A stretch of DNA of 64,000 nt from an uncultured Eubacteriales bacterium. Lineage in GTDB: Bacteria; Bacillota; Clostridia; Oscillospirales; CAG-272. The position numbers were made by a program, and so were the translations under genes. The stretch lies in the NCBI GenBank assembly GCA_902491535.1, contig CABUHS010000003.1, positions 6,426 to 70,425 of the forward strand, in the 5' to 3' direction. Positions 27,737-37,419 of the stretch are shown here, piece by piece; the stretch's first letter is position 1, and each line of letters begins with the position of its first letter. A model generated the notes under the pieces. That model ran no database searches. It saw only the letters and a program-made list of their open reading frames with translations, and was not told the DNA's origin.

Positions 27737-29929
27737 TTAGTGAATAGTATTTATATCTATATCGAACATAGATTTTGCAGAGTTAAGCAAAGTTTTATGT
27801 TCCCGGTCTTCAAGAGACGGATCGCTTGAAAGAAGTTCTCTTGCTGCCTGTGTAGCGTTTTGTGTCAGCATTTCGTCTGCTATACCGGCAATTATGTCTG
27901 TATCAAATGTTCCGTGCTGTCTCGCTGTTCCGGATGCATGCGGGAAAAAGTCTCCGGGTCCGCGCAGCTCGAGATCTTTTTGCGCAATAGCATATCCGTC
28001 ATTTGAGTTTTTCATAACTGTAAGACGCTTTCGTGCATTTTCGGAACGGCAGTCGGATACCAGAACACAGTATGATTTTGCTGTTCCGCGTCCTACACGT
28101 CCTCGTAGCTGATGAAGCTGAGACAGCCCGAATCTTTCCGCATTTTCGATAATTATGAGCGTAGCGTTAGGTACGTTTACACCGACCTCTATAACGGTCG
28201 TTGATACAAGTATCTTGGTCTTACCCTCAGCAAAAGCACGCATAGCGGCTTCTTTGTCATTCGGTTTCATTTTTCCGTGGACGTATCCGACAGGGATATC
28301 CGGGAAGATTTGCTCGGCGAGAAGCTTTGCGGTTTCGGTGACATTTTTCGGAGGAAGTTCTGTATTTTCTTCATCATCGTCAACAATATTTCCTCCTGAT
28401 ACAGGACGGACAAGATTTCCGAGATACTCATCAGATGATTCGGAAGCGGTATCTGAGCGGTCAACTGCCGGGCATATAACATATACCTGATGACCTTCTT
28501 CCACATGCTTTCGCATAAAGGCGTATAGCCTTTCACGGTAGCTTTCACCTACTGCAAAGGTGTCTGTCTTTTGTCTGCCGGGCGGCAGCTCATCGAGCGA
28601 GGAAACCGACAGATCTCCGTACAGTATAAATGCGAGTGTTCGCGGAATCGGGGTGGCACTCATGACAAGAATATGAGGAGAAGGAGTGTTGTCGGTTTGT
28701 TCTGCAGTATTTTTTTCAGCGAGCGATGTCCGTTGCATTACGCCGAAGCGATGCTGCTCATCAGTTATGACAAGTCCGAGTTTTTTGAAGTTTACATCCG
28801 GTGAAAGAAGCGCATGTGTTCCTATTATAAGATCTGTTTTTCCTGTTTCCAGGTTGGAGGTTATTTTTACACGTGCGCTCTTTTTTGTCGAGCCGGTAAG
28901 CAGTGCAGCCTTTATTCCGAGTTTTTGAAAAAGCGGAAACAGTTCATCGTAGTGCTGTACGGCGAGTATTTCTGTAGGCGCCATGAGAGCCGCCTGAGTT
29001 CCGTTTTGTACAGCAATGTATATAGCTGCTGCTGCGCAGACGGTCTTTCCGCTGCCGACGTCTCCGGTCAGAATACGGCTCATGGGTGAGTTTTTTTGTT
29101 TGCTGCACATATCGGATGCGATCTCATTAACAGCGCGGCTTTGTGCGCCGGTAAATTCGAATTTCAGACAGGACGTGAAAGGAGTCATATCCGGGATATC
29201 CATAGGATATGCTTTCCGGCAGTCGATATACTGTTTTGACAGTCCTGCACTGATCGCAAACAAGAATATTCTTTCAAAAGCGAAGCGCCGCATTGCAGCG
29301 GCAGATTCCTTAGTATCTGCCGGATCGTGTATCATTCGAATGGAGTCGGGGAGTGACGGCAGACTGCATTTTTCCCGTATTGAACGCGGTATAATATCAT
29401 CGTATTCGGTCAGAAATTTTCCGCGTATGGCTGCATGTATAAAGGAGGACATAAGTTTTTGCGATATACCTGCGGTCAGAGGGTATACCGGAACGATATC
29501 GGGCAACACTGAAATATCCGAACAAGGCTCAAAGACAGGGGATGTAAGCTCCGGTCTGCCTGATGCATACGATAGTTTTCCCCAAAAGCGGAAGCTTGCG
29601 CCGACATGGAATATATCTTTTACATAAGGTTGATTGAAGAATACTACAGAACATGTACCGCTGTCGTCATAGGCAGAAAATTTAGTTATGTTTTTTCTGT
29701 TTTTAAGCTGCGCAGAACGAGGAGCAGTTGCGACTGTAAGAATAAACGCACCGACCGTGCCGTCGGGGCATCCGAGCAGATTCAGTATATTTCCCCTGTT
29801 TTGATATCCGCGGGGGAAATGATATAAAAGTTCTTTTACCGTTGTTATACCAAGCTTTTCGAGTGCTTTAGCCCGTGTCGCGCCGATTCCGGGTACAAAA
29901 CTTATAGGTGTGTTTGCCCTTGTCTCCAT
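27737..29929 (-). CDS. recG: ATP-dependent DNA helicase RecG
   Basis: Walker A GDVGSGKT, DEQHRFG box, QLRGRVGRG motif, N-terminal wedge domain. The start is moved to ATG 29929 (METRANTPISF); the ORF-track extension to 30073 has no support. Confidence 0.9.
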   Translation of the reverse strand: METRANTPISFVPGIGATRAKALEKLGITTVKELLYHFPRGYQNRGNILNLLGCPDGTVGAFILTVATAPRSAQLKNRKNITKFSAYDDSGTCSVVFFNQPYVKDIFHVGASFRFWGKLSYASGRPELTSPVFEPCSDISVLPDIVPVYPLTAGISQKLMSSFIHAAIRGKFLTEYDDIIPRSIREKCSLPSLPDSIRMIHDPADTKESAAAMRRFAFERIFLFAISAGLSKQYIDCRKAYPMDIPDMTPFTSCLKFEFTGAQSRAVNEIASDMCSKQKNSPMSRILTGDVGSGKTVCAAAAIYIAVQNGTQAALMAPTEILAVQHYDELFPLFQKLGIKAALLTGSTKKSARVKITSNLETGKTDLIIGTHALLSPDVNFKKLGLVITDEQHRFGVMQRTSLAEKNTAEQTDNTPSPHILVMSATPIPRTLAFILYGDLSVSSLDELPPGRQKTDTFAVGESYRERLYAFMRKHVEEGHQVYVICPAVDRSDTASESSDEYLGNLVRPVSGGNIVDDDEENTELPPKNVTETAKLLAEQIFPDIPVGYVHGKMKPNDKEAAMRAFAEGKTKILVSTTVIEVGVNVPNATLIIIENAERFGLSQLHQLRGRVGRGTAKSYCVLVSDCRSENARKRLTVMKNSNDGYAIAQKDLELRGPGDFFPHASGTARQHGTFDTDIIAGIADEMLTQNATQAARELLSSDPSLEDREHKTLLNSAKSMFDIDINTIH

Positions 29930-30104
29930 GAGTATATCCTTTCTGTATATGGCGTTTTCAGCGGCTTTCTCATTTTTAATTATACTACACTCATCTTTCT
30001 GTGTCAAACCGTATTTGGCAAAATATACAGGAAAGCAGTTACAATAAGAACCCGACCCGCAGGTCACAATCATACATTGTGGGCGGGTACCCCGGAACCT
30101 CGTT

Positions 30105-30145
30105 TTATCACAATAAAACCGCCCGTCGAAATTATCGGCGGGCGG
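30105..30145 (-). terminator. Rho-independent terminator after the SpoIIIAH-like gene
   Basis: Stem ccgcccgtcga / tcggcgggcgg. On the minus strand it is followed by ttttattg. Confidence 0.7.
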
Positions 30146-30194
30146 TAAATTATATATAAATGAAGGAAAAAAGATGTATTATTTGAATGTTTAA

Positions 30195-31301
30195 TTATCC
30201 TGCGGTTTTTTCGATAATGGTTATTCCTGAAGCAGGTAAAGATGTCTGCTCGCAGATTATTTCGGTTATTTGTGCTACTTCATTGGCAAGCAGTCCATCG
30301 CTTGCAACAATAACTGTTGCACTGCTGTCGCTTACAACGGCAATACAGTCCTCAAATCCTTTGGCTTTTACAAGCGATTCAATATTTGACTCCTGTTCTA
30401 TCTGAGCGGCGATCTTAGACATGCTTTGAAGTGCGCTGTCTTTGCTTTCCTGGAGAGCATCTTCGCTGTCTACTACAAGCTGTAAAACTTCGAGAGATTC
30501 GTCACGCGCTCTGCGGCGGTTTACGGCGGCGCTTGAAAAATAAGCTTCATCACCGTTCTGTGCTGCATTCGGATCGTTTCCGTCTGCCGGAGCGCCTACT
30601 GCAGATGAACCGTCATCAATGGGGGGGACGTCAGTACCGCGGTTAAACCCTCCGGTCAGAGTGTGATTTATTACAAGCGCACCGCATATAAGTGCAAGAG
30701 ATGCGACTACGATCGCATTTTTCTTTCGGAAATGCATTTTTCCGAAAATTCCTTTAACAGAGCCGAGATTTAGTTTTTTCTTTATGTCGTCAAGAACTGT
30801 CTGATCGGATACATCAAGTTTTAATTCTCCTGACGGAGAGGAATTGAAATTATCTGATGATGATACAGTTTTTTTTGCAGCTCCGAGTGTTATCTCCGAA
30901 AATTCAGATTTTTTCAGAGCCTTTCTTGCGGACGCAGAGTTGTTTTCGGGAAGCGGCATTATTTTTTCGAGACTTTTTGAGGACCGTATGTCGGATATTC
31001 CGAATGACCGGACATTATTTTTTATAGGATTATCCTTAGCTTCATTTAATGTTTTAGTAGCGGAACAGCTTTCAGATTTGATATCTTTGCCTGTTTCCTG
31101 TTTTTCTTCTGATACAATCGGATTTATTTGGCAAGCTGATTTTTTATCAGTGCCTGATGTTGTACCGTAAATATTTTCTGTATCGGCACAGTCACAGTTC
31201 ATTTCCGGTTTATTTCCGGAATTTATTTCGCTGCGGTCAAGTGTAAGCTTTTTTTCCGTACTGTTGCCGGAAGCTTTTATAATCGTCATATCGTTTAGCA
31301 T
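30195..31301 (-). CDS. SpoIIIAH-like membrane protein with a long low-complexity N-terminal extension
   Basis: The C-terminal ~110 aa (YFSSAAVNRRRARDESLEVL...LVKAKGFEDCIAVVSD..ATVIV...ITIIEK) parallel B. subtilis SpoIIIAH (YRLDLEDARSKE...LIKTQGYEDALVNAEG). One TM segment (AIVVASLALICGALVI). Start is uncertain (31301 or 31289). Confidence 0.65.
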   Translation of the reverse strand: MLNDMTIIKASGNSTEKKLTLDRSEINSGNKPEMNCDCADTENIYGTTSGTDKKSACQINPIVSEEKQETGKDIKSESCSATKTLNEAKDNPIKNNVRSFGISDIRSSKSLEKIMPLPENNSASARKALKKSEFSEITLGAAKKTVSSSDNFNSSPSGELKLDVSDQTVLDDIKKKLNLGSVKGIFGKMHFRKKNAIVVASLALICGALVINHTLTGGFNRGTDVPPIDDGSSAVGAPADGNDPNAAQNGDEAYFSSAAVNRRRARDESLEVLQLVVDSEDALQESKDSALQSMSKIAAQIEQESNIESLVKAKGFEDCIAVVSDSSATVIVASDGLLANEVAQITEIICEQTSLPASGITIIEKTAG

Positions 31302-31469
31302 CCTTTCTTAACTGTGCGGCGCACCGCATTAGTTTTTCGAGTTTGATATGGTATATCTATATGCGCAGTACGAACGGAAAATACCGAAAACCTGATATTT
31401 TATTTTAAAACGGAACATTTTTAATTATGCATGCATAGTAGTTATTGAAAGAACAGAAAGGATGATTTT

Positions 31470-32162
31470 ATGAACGGGAAAAAAGGATTTCCTATTGTCG
31501 GAATTACGCCGCGTATTGAACGCGATATGCACAGGCTGTGGATAAGAGATTCGTTTGCCGACAGTTTGAGAAGAGTGTCTCTTGCTCCGGTGATGTTGTC
31601 TATGGATGAAAGTGAGCAATACCTTGATTCGATATGTGAGGCATGCTCCGGCATAGTTTTTTCAGGAGGCGGAGATATTCTTCCTGAATTTTACGGAGAA
31701 AGCGGAGAGGATAATTGCAAAAGCATAGATTCTTTGCGTGACAGTTTTGAGCTTGCCTTATTTAAAAAAGCGTTTGAAGCGAAAATACCGATTCTCGGAA
31801 TATGTCGTGGAATGCAGCTTATAACGGTCGCGCTCGGAGGAACTCTTATCCGCCATAAGGGCGGACATGATGACGGTATTGTTCATGTTATAAGGGCGGA
31901 GAAGGATTCTTTAGTATACAGAGTGTCAGGCGGACACGCCAAGGTCAACAGTTATCATCATCAGTGTCTCGGTGTAGTGCCGCCTGAGTGCCGTGTAACC
32001 GCATTTTCCGATGATGGTACCGCAGAAGCGGTGGAATATACCGGACCGGAGTTCTGCGTCGGTGTGCAGTGGCATCCTGAACTTATACCGGAGGATACAG
32101 TATCGCGCAGGCTTTTCTCGGAATTTTCGGATGCATGCCGATGCTATGCTGATATGTGTTGA
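31470..32162 (+). CDS. Class I glutamine amidotransferase, peptidase C26 / gamma-glutamyl-GABA hydrolase family
   Basis: Nucleophile elbow GICRGMQL, HHQ motif, and the catalytic His-Glu region VQWHPE. Confidence 0.8.
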   Translation: MNGKKGFPIVGITPRIERDMHRLWIRDSFADSLRRVSLAPVMLSMDESEQYLDSICEACSGIVFSGGGDILPEFYGESGEDNCKSIDSLRDSFELALFKKAFEAKIPILGICRGMQLITVALGGTLIRHKGGHDDGIVHVIRAEKDSLVYRVSGGHAKVNSYHHQCLGVVPPECRVTAFSDDGTAEAVEYTGPEFCVGVQWHPELIPEDTVSRRLFSEFSDACRCYADMC

Positions 32163-32236
32163 AATACATAATAAATATAGGCAGATAAGTTATTCCCTGC
32201 TTTGCTGCTACTTTTAAACGGATTAATTAAAATGTA

Positions 32237-32269
32237 TGTGGCGGTACAGCTTTTCACTGTACCGCCACA
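32237..32269. terminator. Hairpin between the convergent GATase and phosphoglucomutase genes
   Basis: 13-bp perfect stem tgtggcggtacag / ctgtaccgccaca. The flanking U-runs are weak. Confidence 0.55.
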
Positions 32270-32307
32270 TTGTATATATACTGATTTATTGTTTAACTAA
32301 AAGCACT

Positions 32308-34083
32308 TTATATCTGTGTCAGTTCCTTCATCGATTTAATGCATGCATCAAGAAGAGAATCGAGTTCGGCTTGGTTGCCTGATTCACTGTGGAGTAGATA
32401 ATATATCTTGATCTTAGGTTCTGTTCCGGAAGGTCTGATTACGATTTTGTTCCCGTTTTCTGTCTCATAAAGGAGAACGTCGGATTTCGGAAGTCCGGTT
32501 CCGGTCTTATTACCTGTTTTTATATCCGTGATAGTCTCTGCAAGATAGTCGCGGAGGAAGCGTATTTTTTCGCCTCCGAGTTCTGACGGAATATTCGAAT
32601 GAAGTCTTTCCATAAGGGCTTTCATACGTGCTAAACCGTCGAGACCTTCCATATATATGTTTGAAGTATGTTCTTTATACAGACCGTAGCGATTATACAT
32701 ATCGCAAAGCGCATCATACAGAGTCTTTCCGTGAATCTGGTAATATGCCGCCATTTCGCAGAGAAGCACGGTCGAGCATACTGCATCTTTATCACGCAGA
32801 TAGGTTCCTCTCATATATCCGTTTGACTCTTCAAATCCGAGCAGGAAGTCTTTATCTGCGGATCTTCCGGTTTCGGTTTCGTAATCGGAAACAACTTTGC
32901 CTATAAATTTGAATCCGGTGAGTACATCATATAACTTTACGCCGTGAATGGAACACATTTTCGTGACTATATCGGTCGATACGATCGTCTTTACAGCGAA
33001 AGCGTTCTCAGGAAAGCTTCCGAATTCTTTTTTAGCTGAGATGATGTAGTCAAGAAGCATAGCCCCGATCTGGTTGCCGGACAGTGTCATAAATTTACCG
33101 TTACCGTCGCGTATCATTACACCAGTGCGGTCTGCGTCGGGATCGTTTCCGATGATAATATCCACGCCTTTTTCGTCCGCGAGTTTTATAGCAAGTTCGA
33201 ATACCTGAGGAAGCTCAGGATTCGGGAACGGCGTTGTCGGAAAGTTTCCGTCAGGTGTCATCTGTTCATCGACAGTATAGATATTTTTGATTCCGAGACG
33301 GCGCATAGCCTCGGGTACGAGTTTATATCCTGTTCCGTAAAGGGGAGTGTAGACGATCTTCAGGTCATCTGCCGCCTTTTTGACGACATCGGGGCAAATA
33401 GGCTGTTTTGCTACCTGTGCGAGAAAATCTTCGTCAATTTCAGAACCGATCAATGTTATTTTTCCGCTTTCGACTGCGCGCTCATAGTCTCCGTCAGAGA
33501 ATTTTACCTCTTTAAAAATATCGGTGTTTATAATTTTCTCCGATACAGCATCGGCCTGCTCCGGTCCGAGCTGAGCGCCGTCTTCCCAATATGCTTTGTA
33601 TCCGTTGTACTGTTTGGGATTGTGGGACGCTGTAATATTAACACCTGCTACCGTGCCGAGACGGCGTACAGCAAAGGAAAGCTCGGGCGTCGGGCGTATT
33701 CCGTCAAACAGAAACACCTTAATACCCGCATTAGCCATGACAGCGGCAGTTGCATGTGCAAATTTTTCAGAGTTCAGGCGGCTGTCATATGCAATTACGA
33801 TTCCGCGCTCGGCGGCATCGTTTATTCCGCAGGATTTTATATAATCAGCAAATCCCTGCGATGCATGGCATACGGTATGGATATTCATATTATTTGTACC
33901 CATTGCCATTGTTCCGCGAAGACCTGCCGTACCAAAGCTTAGATATGAACAGAAGCGCTGCTTTATTTCATCTGTATTATCTTTTATTTCGAGAAGTTCT
34001 TTTTTCTCTTCTTCGGTTAACTTGCCTGATTCTAACCAGGTGTTGTATCTTTGCATACTGATATTCAGTACTTGTTCAGACAT
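32308..34083 (-). CDS. pgcA: Phosphoglucomutase / phosphomannomutase (alpha-D-phosphohexomutase, PgcA-like)
   Basis: Phosphoserine loop TASHNP, metal-binding loop GNDPDADR, sugar-binding loop GFEESNG. Confidence 0.9.
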   Translation of the reverse strand: MSEQVLNISMQRYNTWLESGKLTEEEKKELLEIKDNTDEIKQRFCSYLSFGTAGLRGTMAMGTNNMNIHTVCHASQGFADYIKSCGINDAAERGIVIAYDSRLNSEKFAHATAAVMANAGIKVFLFDGIRPTPELSFAVRRLGTVAGVNITASHNPKQYNGYKAYWEDGAQLGPEQADAVSEKIINTDIFKEVKFSDGDYERAVESGKITLIGSEIDEDFLAQVAKQPICPDVVKKAADDLKIVYTPLYGTGYKLVPEAMRRLGIKNIYTVDEQMTPDGNFPTTPFPNPELPQVFELAIKLADEKGVDIIIGNDPDADRTGVMIRDGNGKFMTLSGNQIGAMLLDYIISAKKEFGSFPENAFAVKTIVSTDIVTKMCSIHGVKLYDVLTGFKFIGKVVSDYETETGRSADKDFLLGFEESNGYMRGTYLRDKDAVCSTVLLCEMAAYYQIHGKTLYDALCDMYNRYGLYKEHTSNIYMEGLDGLARMKALMERLHSNIPSELGGEKIRFLRDYLAETITDIKTGNKTGTGLPKSDVLLYETENGNKIVIRPSGTEPKIKIYYLLHSESGNQAELDSLLDACIKSMKELTQI

Positions 34084-34113
34084 TTCGTGTGAATGCTCCT
34101 TAAAAAATGAATT

Positions 34114-35358
34114 TTATTTGTTATTATCTGAAAACCTGTCCTGTCCGGATCTTTCGGTATTTCTGTAAATGCCTATAGGGGAGAAATCAGGAGCTTCAAG
34201 AATCAGGTATAAAATAAAACAACTAAGTCTATGTGCCGCAGAAATATTATCACGGCATGAAAGTAAAATATCGTAAACACATCCCGCACTTGAATGTGAA
34301 AGAAGGACAGAATCGATTTTATGCACAGAAAGACCAAGAAATTCCGCTGCGTGGAGAATTTCTCCGAGACGTGTTTTTTGACTGTCGCTCAGAGAGAATT
34401 CATAAAAGATCGGACCTTCTTTTGCTGCGGCGATTCGTCCGAGATTTTTACGGAGAAGCGCAAAAACCATACCGCTTTCCCGTAGTGTTACAGTTTGTGC
34501 TATTCTTAAATCGTATCTGAAAAGCAGTCTGCGCACTCCGCTGAGACGCCCGTCCGAAATATTTTCTATCGGCAGGATACAGTAAGCCGCGCTTCCGTTT
34601 TCGACCGCTTCGCATACAGATGCAAGATCATCGCACAGAATCCTGTCCGGAATGTCATCCTTACTGTCCGCTCTGCAAAGGTATTCCGAAAAGGCGCTGA
34701 ATGCTTCATCGGAATATGAATTCTGAAGATATGCTACAGATATGCCGTGTGCCGGCGATATTATAGCGCCGAGTAAACCTTCCGGCGTCAAAGATTCAAG
34801 AGCATGTGTACTCATTGATGAGCATAGCTCGCTGCAAAGCATGACGCGGTATATTATTACCGAAAAGTTCTGTGCGTCTGATATCATGCTTTCAAGCGGA
34901 TCTGCTGCTTCCGTATATATATGCGATACGTATGAACCGGAACTGAAAAGACAGTATTCGTTATATATTTGCCGCAGATCTTCTGCTGTAAGATATGTCG
35001 ATTCTGAGCCGCCATTTTCATTCTCATCGTCATAGGCTGTGGATTTGTTTGAAAATACGGTGCGCGGCGGTATTGAATTTACCGGACGGCTTCGGAGTTC
35101 AGCTGCTTGTGCAATTGCCGAGGCAAGCTCGCGGATATGCGCTGCAAGCCGTTCAGTTAAACCTTTTCCGATGCCCCGCAGTTCGTCAATGTTTTTACTG
35201 CATATCTTTATATTTTCTTCAATATTCGTTTCGGGACGACTGATATGCTGCCGGTCTGAGACGGCTGCCGGATATTCGCTTTTCGGTGAACTATCCGGCA
35301 GTGTTTCTTTCTTCGGCAAATCTCCGGACATTCGGTTTGAATATTCCGGTCTGTTCAT
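34114..35358 (-). CDS. Hypothetical protein with a partial prephenate-dehydratase-like region and an ACT-like C-terminus
   Basis: VAYLQNSYSDEAF and VCEAVENGSAAYCILPIENISDGRL resemble the PDT N-subdomain (VAYLGPxGTFS, AVxxGxxDYGVVPIENSxxG). The C-terminal ~100 aa look ACT-like. The start is trimmed to ATG 35358 (or 35331) to avoid overlap with htpG. Confidence 0.5.
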   Translation of the reverse strand: MNRPEYSNRMSGDLPKKETLPDSSPKSEYPAAVSDRQHISRPETNIEENIKICSKNIDELRGIGKGLTERLAAHIRELASAIAQAAELRSRPVNSIPPRTVFSNKSTAYDDENENGGSESTYLTAEDLRQIYNEYCLFSSGSYVSHIYTEAADPLESMISDAQNFSVIIYRVMLCSELCSSMSTHALESLTPEGLLGAIISPAHGISVAYLQNSYSDEAFSAFSEYLCRADSKDDIPDRILCDDLASVCEAVENGSAAYCILPIENISDGRLSGVRRLLFRYDLRIAQTVTLRESGMVFALLRKNLGRIAAAKEGPIFYEFSLSDSQKTRLGEILHAAEFLGLSVHKIDSVLLSHSSAGCVYDILLSCRDNISAAHRLSCFILYLILEAPDFSPIGIYRNTERSGQDRFSDNNK

Positions 35359-35359
35359 C

Positions 35360-37288
35360 TTATCGGTCAATGTTTTGCTCAAGCATAGAGAAGCTGTCGT
35401 AGAGGAAATTCTGCAATTCCTCGGCTGTAAGCTGTCTTTGCGCAATGAGCGCCAATGTATATATTTGCTTTGCCGTTTTTTCGGCATTTCCAGCGTCCTC
35501 GGTAATTATATCTCCGAGACGTTTTATAAGAGAGCTGTTAGAGTTCAGGATCAGAGTTGCGTCTGTCGGGAATGTGTTGTTCATATCGCCGCCGGACATG
35601 CGGTACATACGCATCATATCTTCCATTCTGCGCGACTGCTCTGATATATTAAGAATCGCCGGAACACGTTCGTCCTTAAGATTCTCAAATTTAACGGTGA
35701 GCTTTTCCTGACCGCTTATTTTGCGGAACAGCTCCTCAAGTTCTTTGCTCTCAAATTTTTCTCCGTCCCCTTTGAGCGCGGTTGCTATTTCCGCATCGAT
35801 ACGGACGAATTTTACATTTTTATCGTTTTCAATAATATTGATAAACTGTGTATCTATTACTTTATCGAGCAGTACGACTTCGATCTGCTGTGCCTTGAAC
35901 ATTGAAATGTACTGTGCCTGAGCAATTTTGTCCGCAGCGTAATATATTACGCCTTCGTGCTTTTCTTTTGCATTTTCAATATATTCATCTACAGTACGGA
36001 AGTTTCCGTCAGTCAGAGGAAGCAGGAGAGCAGATTTTACACGGTCGTAAAATTTGCGGTCGCGCAGACATGCATATTCGACGAAAAGTTTAATATCTTC
36101 CCACAGCTTTTCATAGTTTTCGCGGTCGGTATTAAACATGCCGCACAGCTTATCGCATACCTTTTTGACAATGTGCGCAGAAAGTTTTGATACATATGCG
36201 CTGTTCTGCAGATAGCTTCTCGATACATTTAGCGGCAGCTCAGGACAGTCGAGTACGCCCTTGAGCATAAGCATGTATTCAGGAATTACTTCCTTGATAT
36301 TGTCGGCTACAAATACCTGGTTATAATACAGCTTTACCTGACCTTCGAGATTGTCGAACTCATGATTGAGTCGCGGGAAATAGAGTATGCCCTTAAAATT
36401 GAGCGGATAATCAGCGTTGATGTGTATATGGAAGAGAGGCTCTTTCCAGTCGCGGAAAAGCTTGTTATAGAACTGTTTATAGTCGTCATCGCTGCACTCT
36501 GAAGGAAGCTTTTGCCACAGAGGGTGGGAATCGTTTATAGGCTCGGCTTTTTTCTCCCCGTTACATTCATCGCAGCCACATTCGTCATCGTGAGAATGTT
36601 CCTTTGTATGCTCTTTTTCTTTTTCAAGTTCTTCGGGAGTTTTGACTATATCAAGATATATGTCTACAGGCATAAAGGAACAGTACTTGTCAAGTATTTC
36701 TCTGATTTTGAATTCTTCAAGATATTCCTTTTCCTCGTCGGTGATATGCATAATAACATCGGTTCCGCGGGTTTCCTTATCTGACGGGAGTATCTCATAT
36801 TCCCCTGCATCTGTGCATACCCACTTTACCGCCGGAGCATCTGTATACGATTTCGTAACAACGTCGACCGTATTGCTGACCATAAACGAAGAATAGAAAC
36901 CGAGACCGAAATGACCGATTATACCGGGCGCGCCGCCTTCTGTATCCTCATATTTTGAAATGAAATCGAGAGCGCCGGACAGAGCGATCTGACAGATATA
37001 TCTTCTTACTTCGTCCTCGGACATACCGATACCGTTATCCGAAACGGTAAGGGTTCCCTCGTTTTTATCTACCTTAACAGTTATTCTGAAATCGCTGTCA
37101 TCTATATCATGGACCTCGCCGAGCGAGATAAGCCTTTTGAGTTTTGTAACGGCGTCCGACGCGTTTGATACGATTTCACGGAGAAAGATCTCTTTTTCGC
37201 TGTACAGCCATTTTTTTATTATCGGGAATATATGCTCGGTCTGAACCGAAATTCCGCCTTTATTTTCTTTTTTTATTTCTTCACTCAT
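35360..37288 (-). CDS. htpG: Molecular chaperone HtpG (Hsp90)
   Basis: GHKL N-terminal motifs EIFLREIVSNASDA, DNGIGM and GHFGLGFYS. Length 642 aa. Confidence 0.95.
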   Translation of the reverse strand: MSEEIKKENKGGISVQTEHIFPIIKKWLYSEKEIFLREIVSNASDAVTKLKRLISLGEVHDIDDSDFRITVKVDKNEGTLTVSDNGIGMSEDEVRRYICQIALSGALDFISKYEDTEGGAPGIIGHFGLGFYSSFMVSNTVDVVTKSYTDAPAVKWVCTDAGEYEILPSDKETRGTDVIMHITDEEKEYLEEFKIREILDKYCSFMPVDIYLDIVKTPEELEKEKEHTKEHSHDDECGCDECNGEKKAEPINDSHPLWQKLPSECSDDDYKQFYNKLFRDWKEPLFHIHINADYPLNFKGILYFPRLNHEFDNLEGQVKLYYNQVFVADNIKEVIPEYMLMLKGVLDCPELPLNVSRSYLQNSAYVSKLSAHIVKKVCDKLCGMFNTDRENYEKLWEDIKLFVEYACLRDRKFYDRVKSALLLPLTDGNFRTVDEYIENAKEKHEGVIYYAADKIAQAQYISMFKAQQIEVVLLDKVIDTQFINIIENDKNVKFVRIDAEIATALKGDGEKFESKELEELFRKISGQEKLTVKFENLKDERVPAILNISEQSRRMEDMMRMYRMSGGDMNNTFPTDATLILNSNSSLIKRLGDIITEDAGNAEKTAKQIYTLALIAQRQLTAEELQNFLYDSFSMLEQNIDR

Positions 37289-37419
37289 TATTATTCCGTT
37301 CCTTTCTTAATATGACGACAGAAATAATTTCTTATTATGATATCATATTAGTGTTAACTTATTTTTAAAACTTATTTTTTGTTATGTTAATAATAAAACA
37401 TTTTATGACTGCTTAGGAA

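Noticed and set aside
29930-30073. N-terminal extensions offered by the ORF track for recG. The same issue arises at era 39290-39421, rluB 2508-2705, cvpA 18266-18433, the CDF gene 43229-43264 and the lipoprotein 49928-50011
   Set aside because: The extensions lack homology to the respective families and overlap neighbouring genes or terminators. Internal ATG/GTG codons with proper Shine-Dalgarno spacing give canonical N-termini.
35359-35487. Apparent 128-nt overlap between the 34114-35487 ORF and the 3' end of htpG
   Set aside because: It is resolved by using the in-frame ATG at 35358 (or 35331) just after the htpG stop. A long same-strand overlap is unlikely.
37336-37347. The palindrome TATGATATCATA upstream of htpG, considered as a heat-shock operator (CIRCE/HrcA or CtsR box). 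The clp-like upstream region 19145-19183 was also inspected for a CtsR box
   Set aside because: It does not resemble CIRCE (TTAGCACTC-N9-GAGTGCTAA) or the CtsR direct repeat (GGTCAAA-NAN-GGTCAAA). It is only 12 bp in AT-rich DNA, which is compatible with chance.
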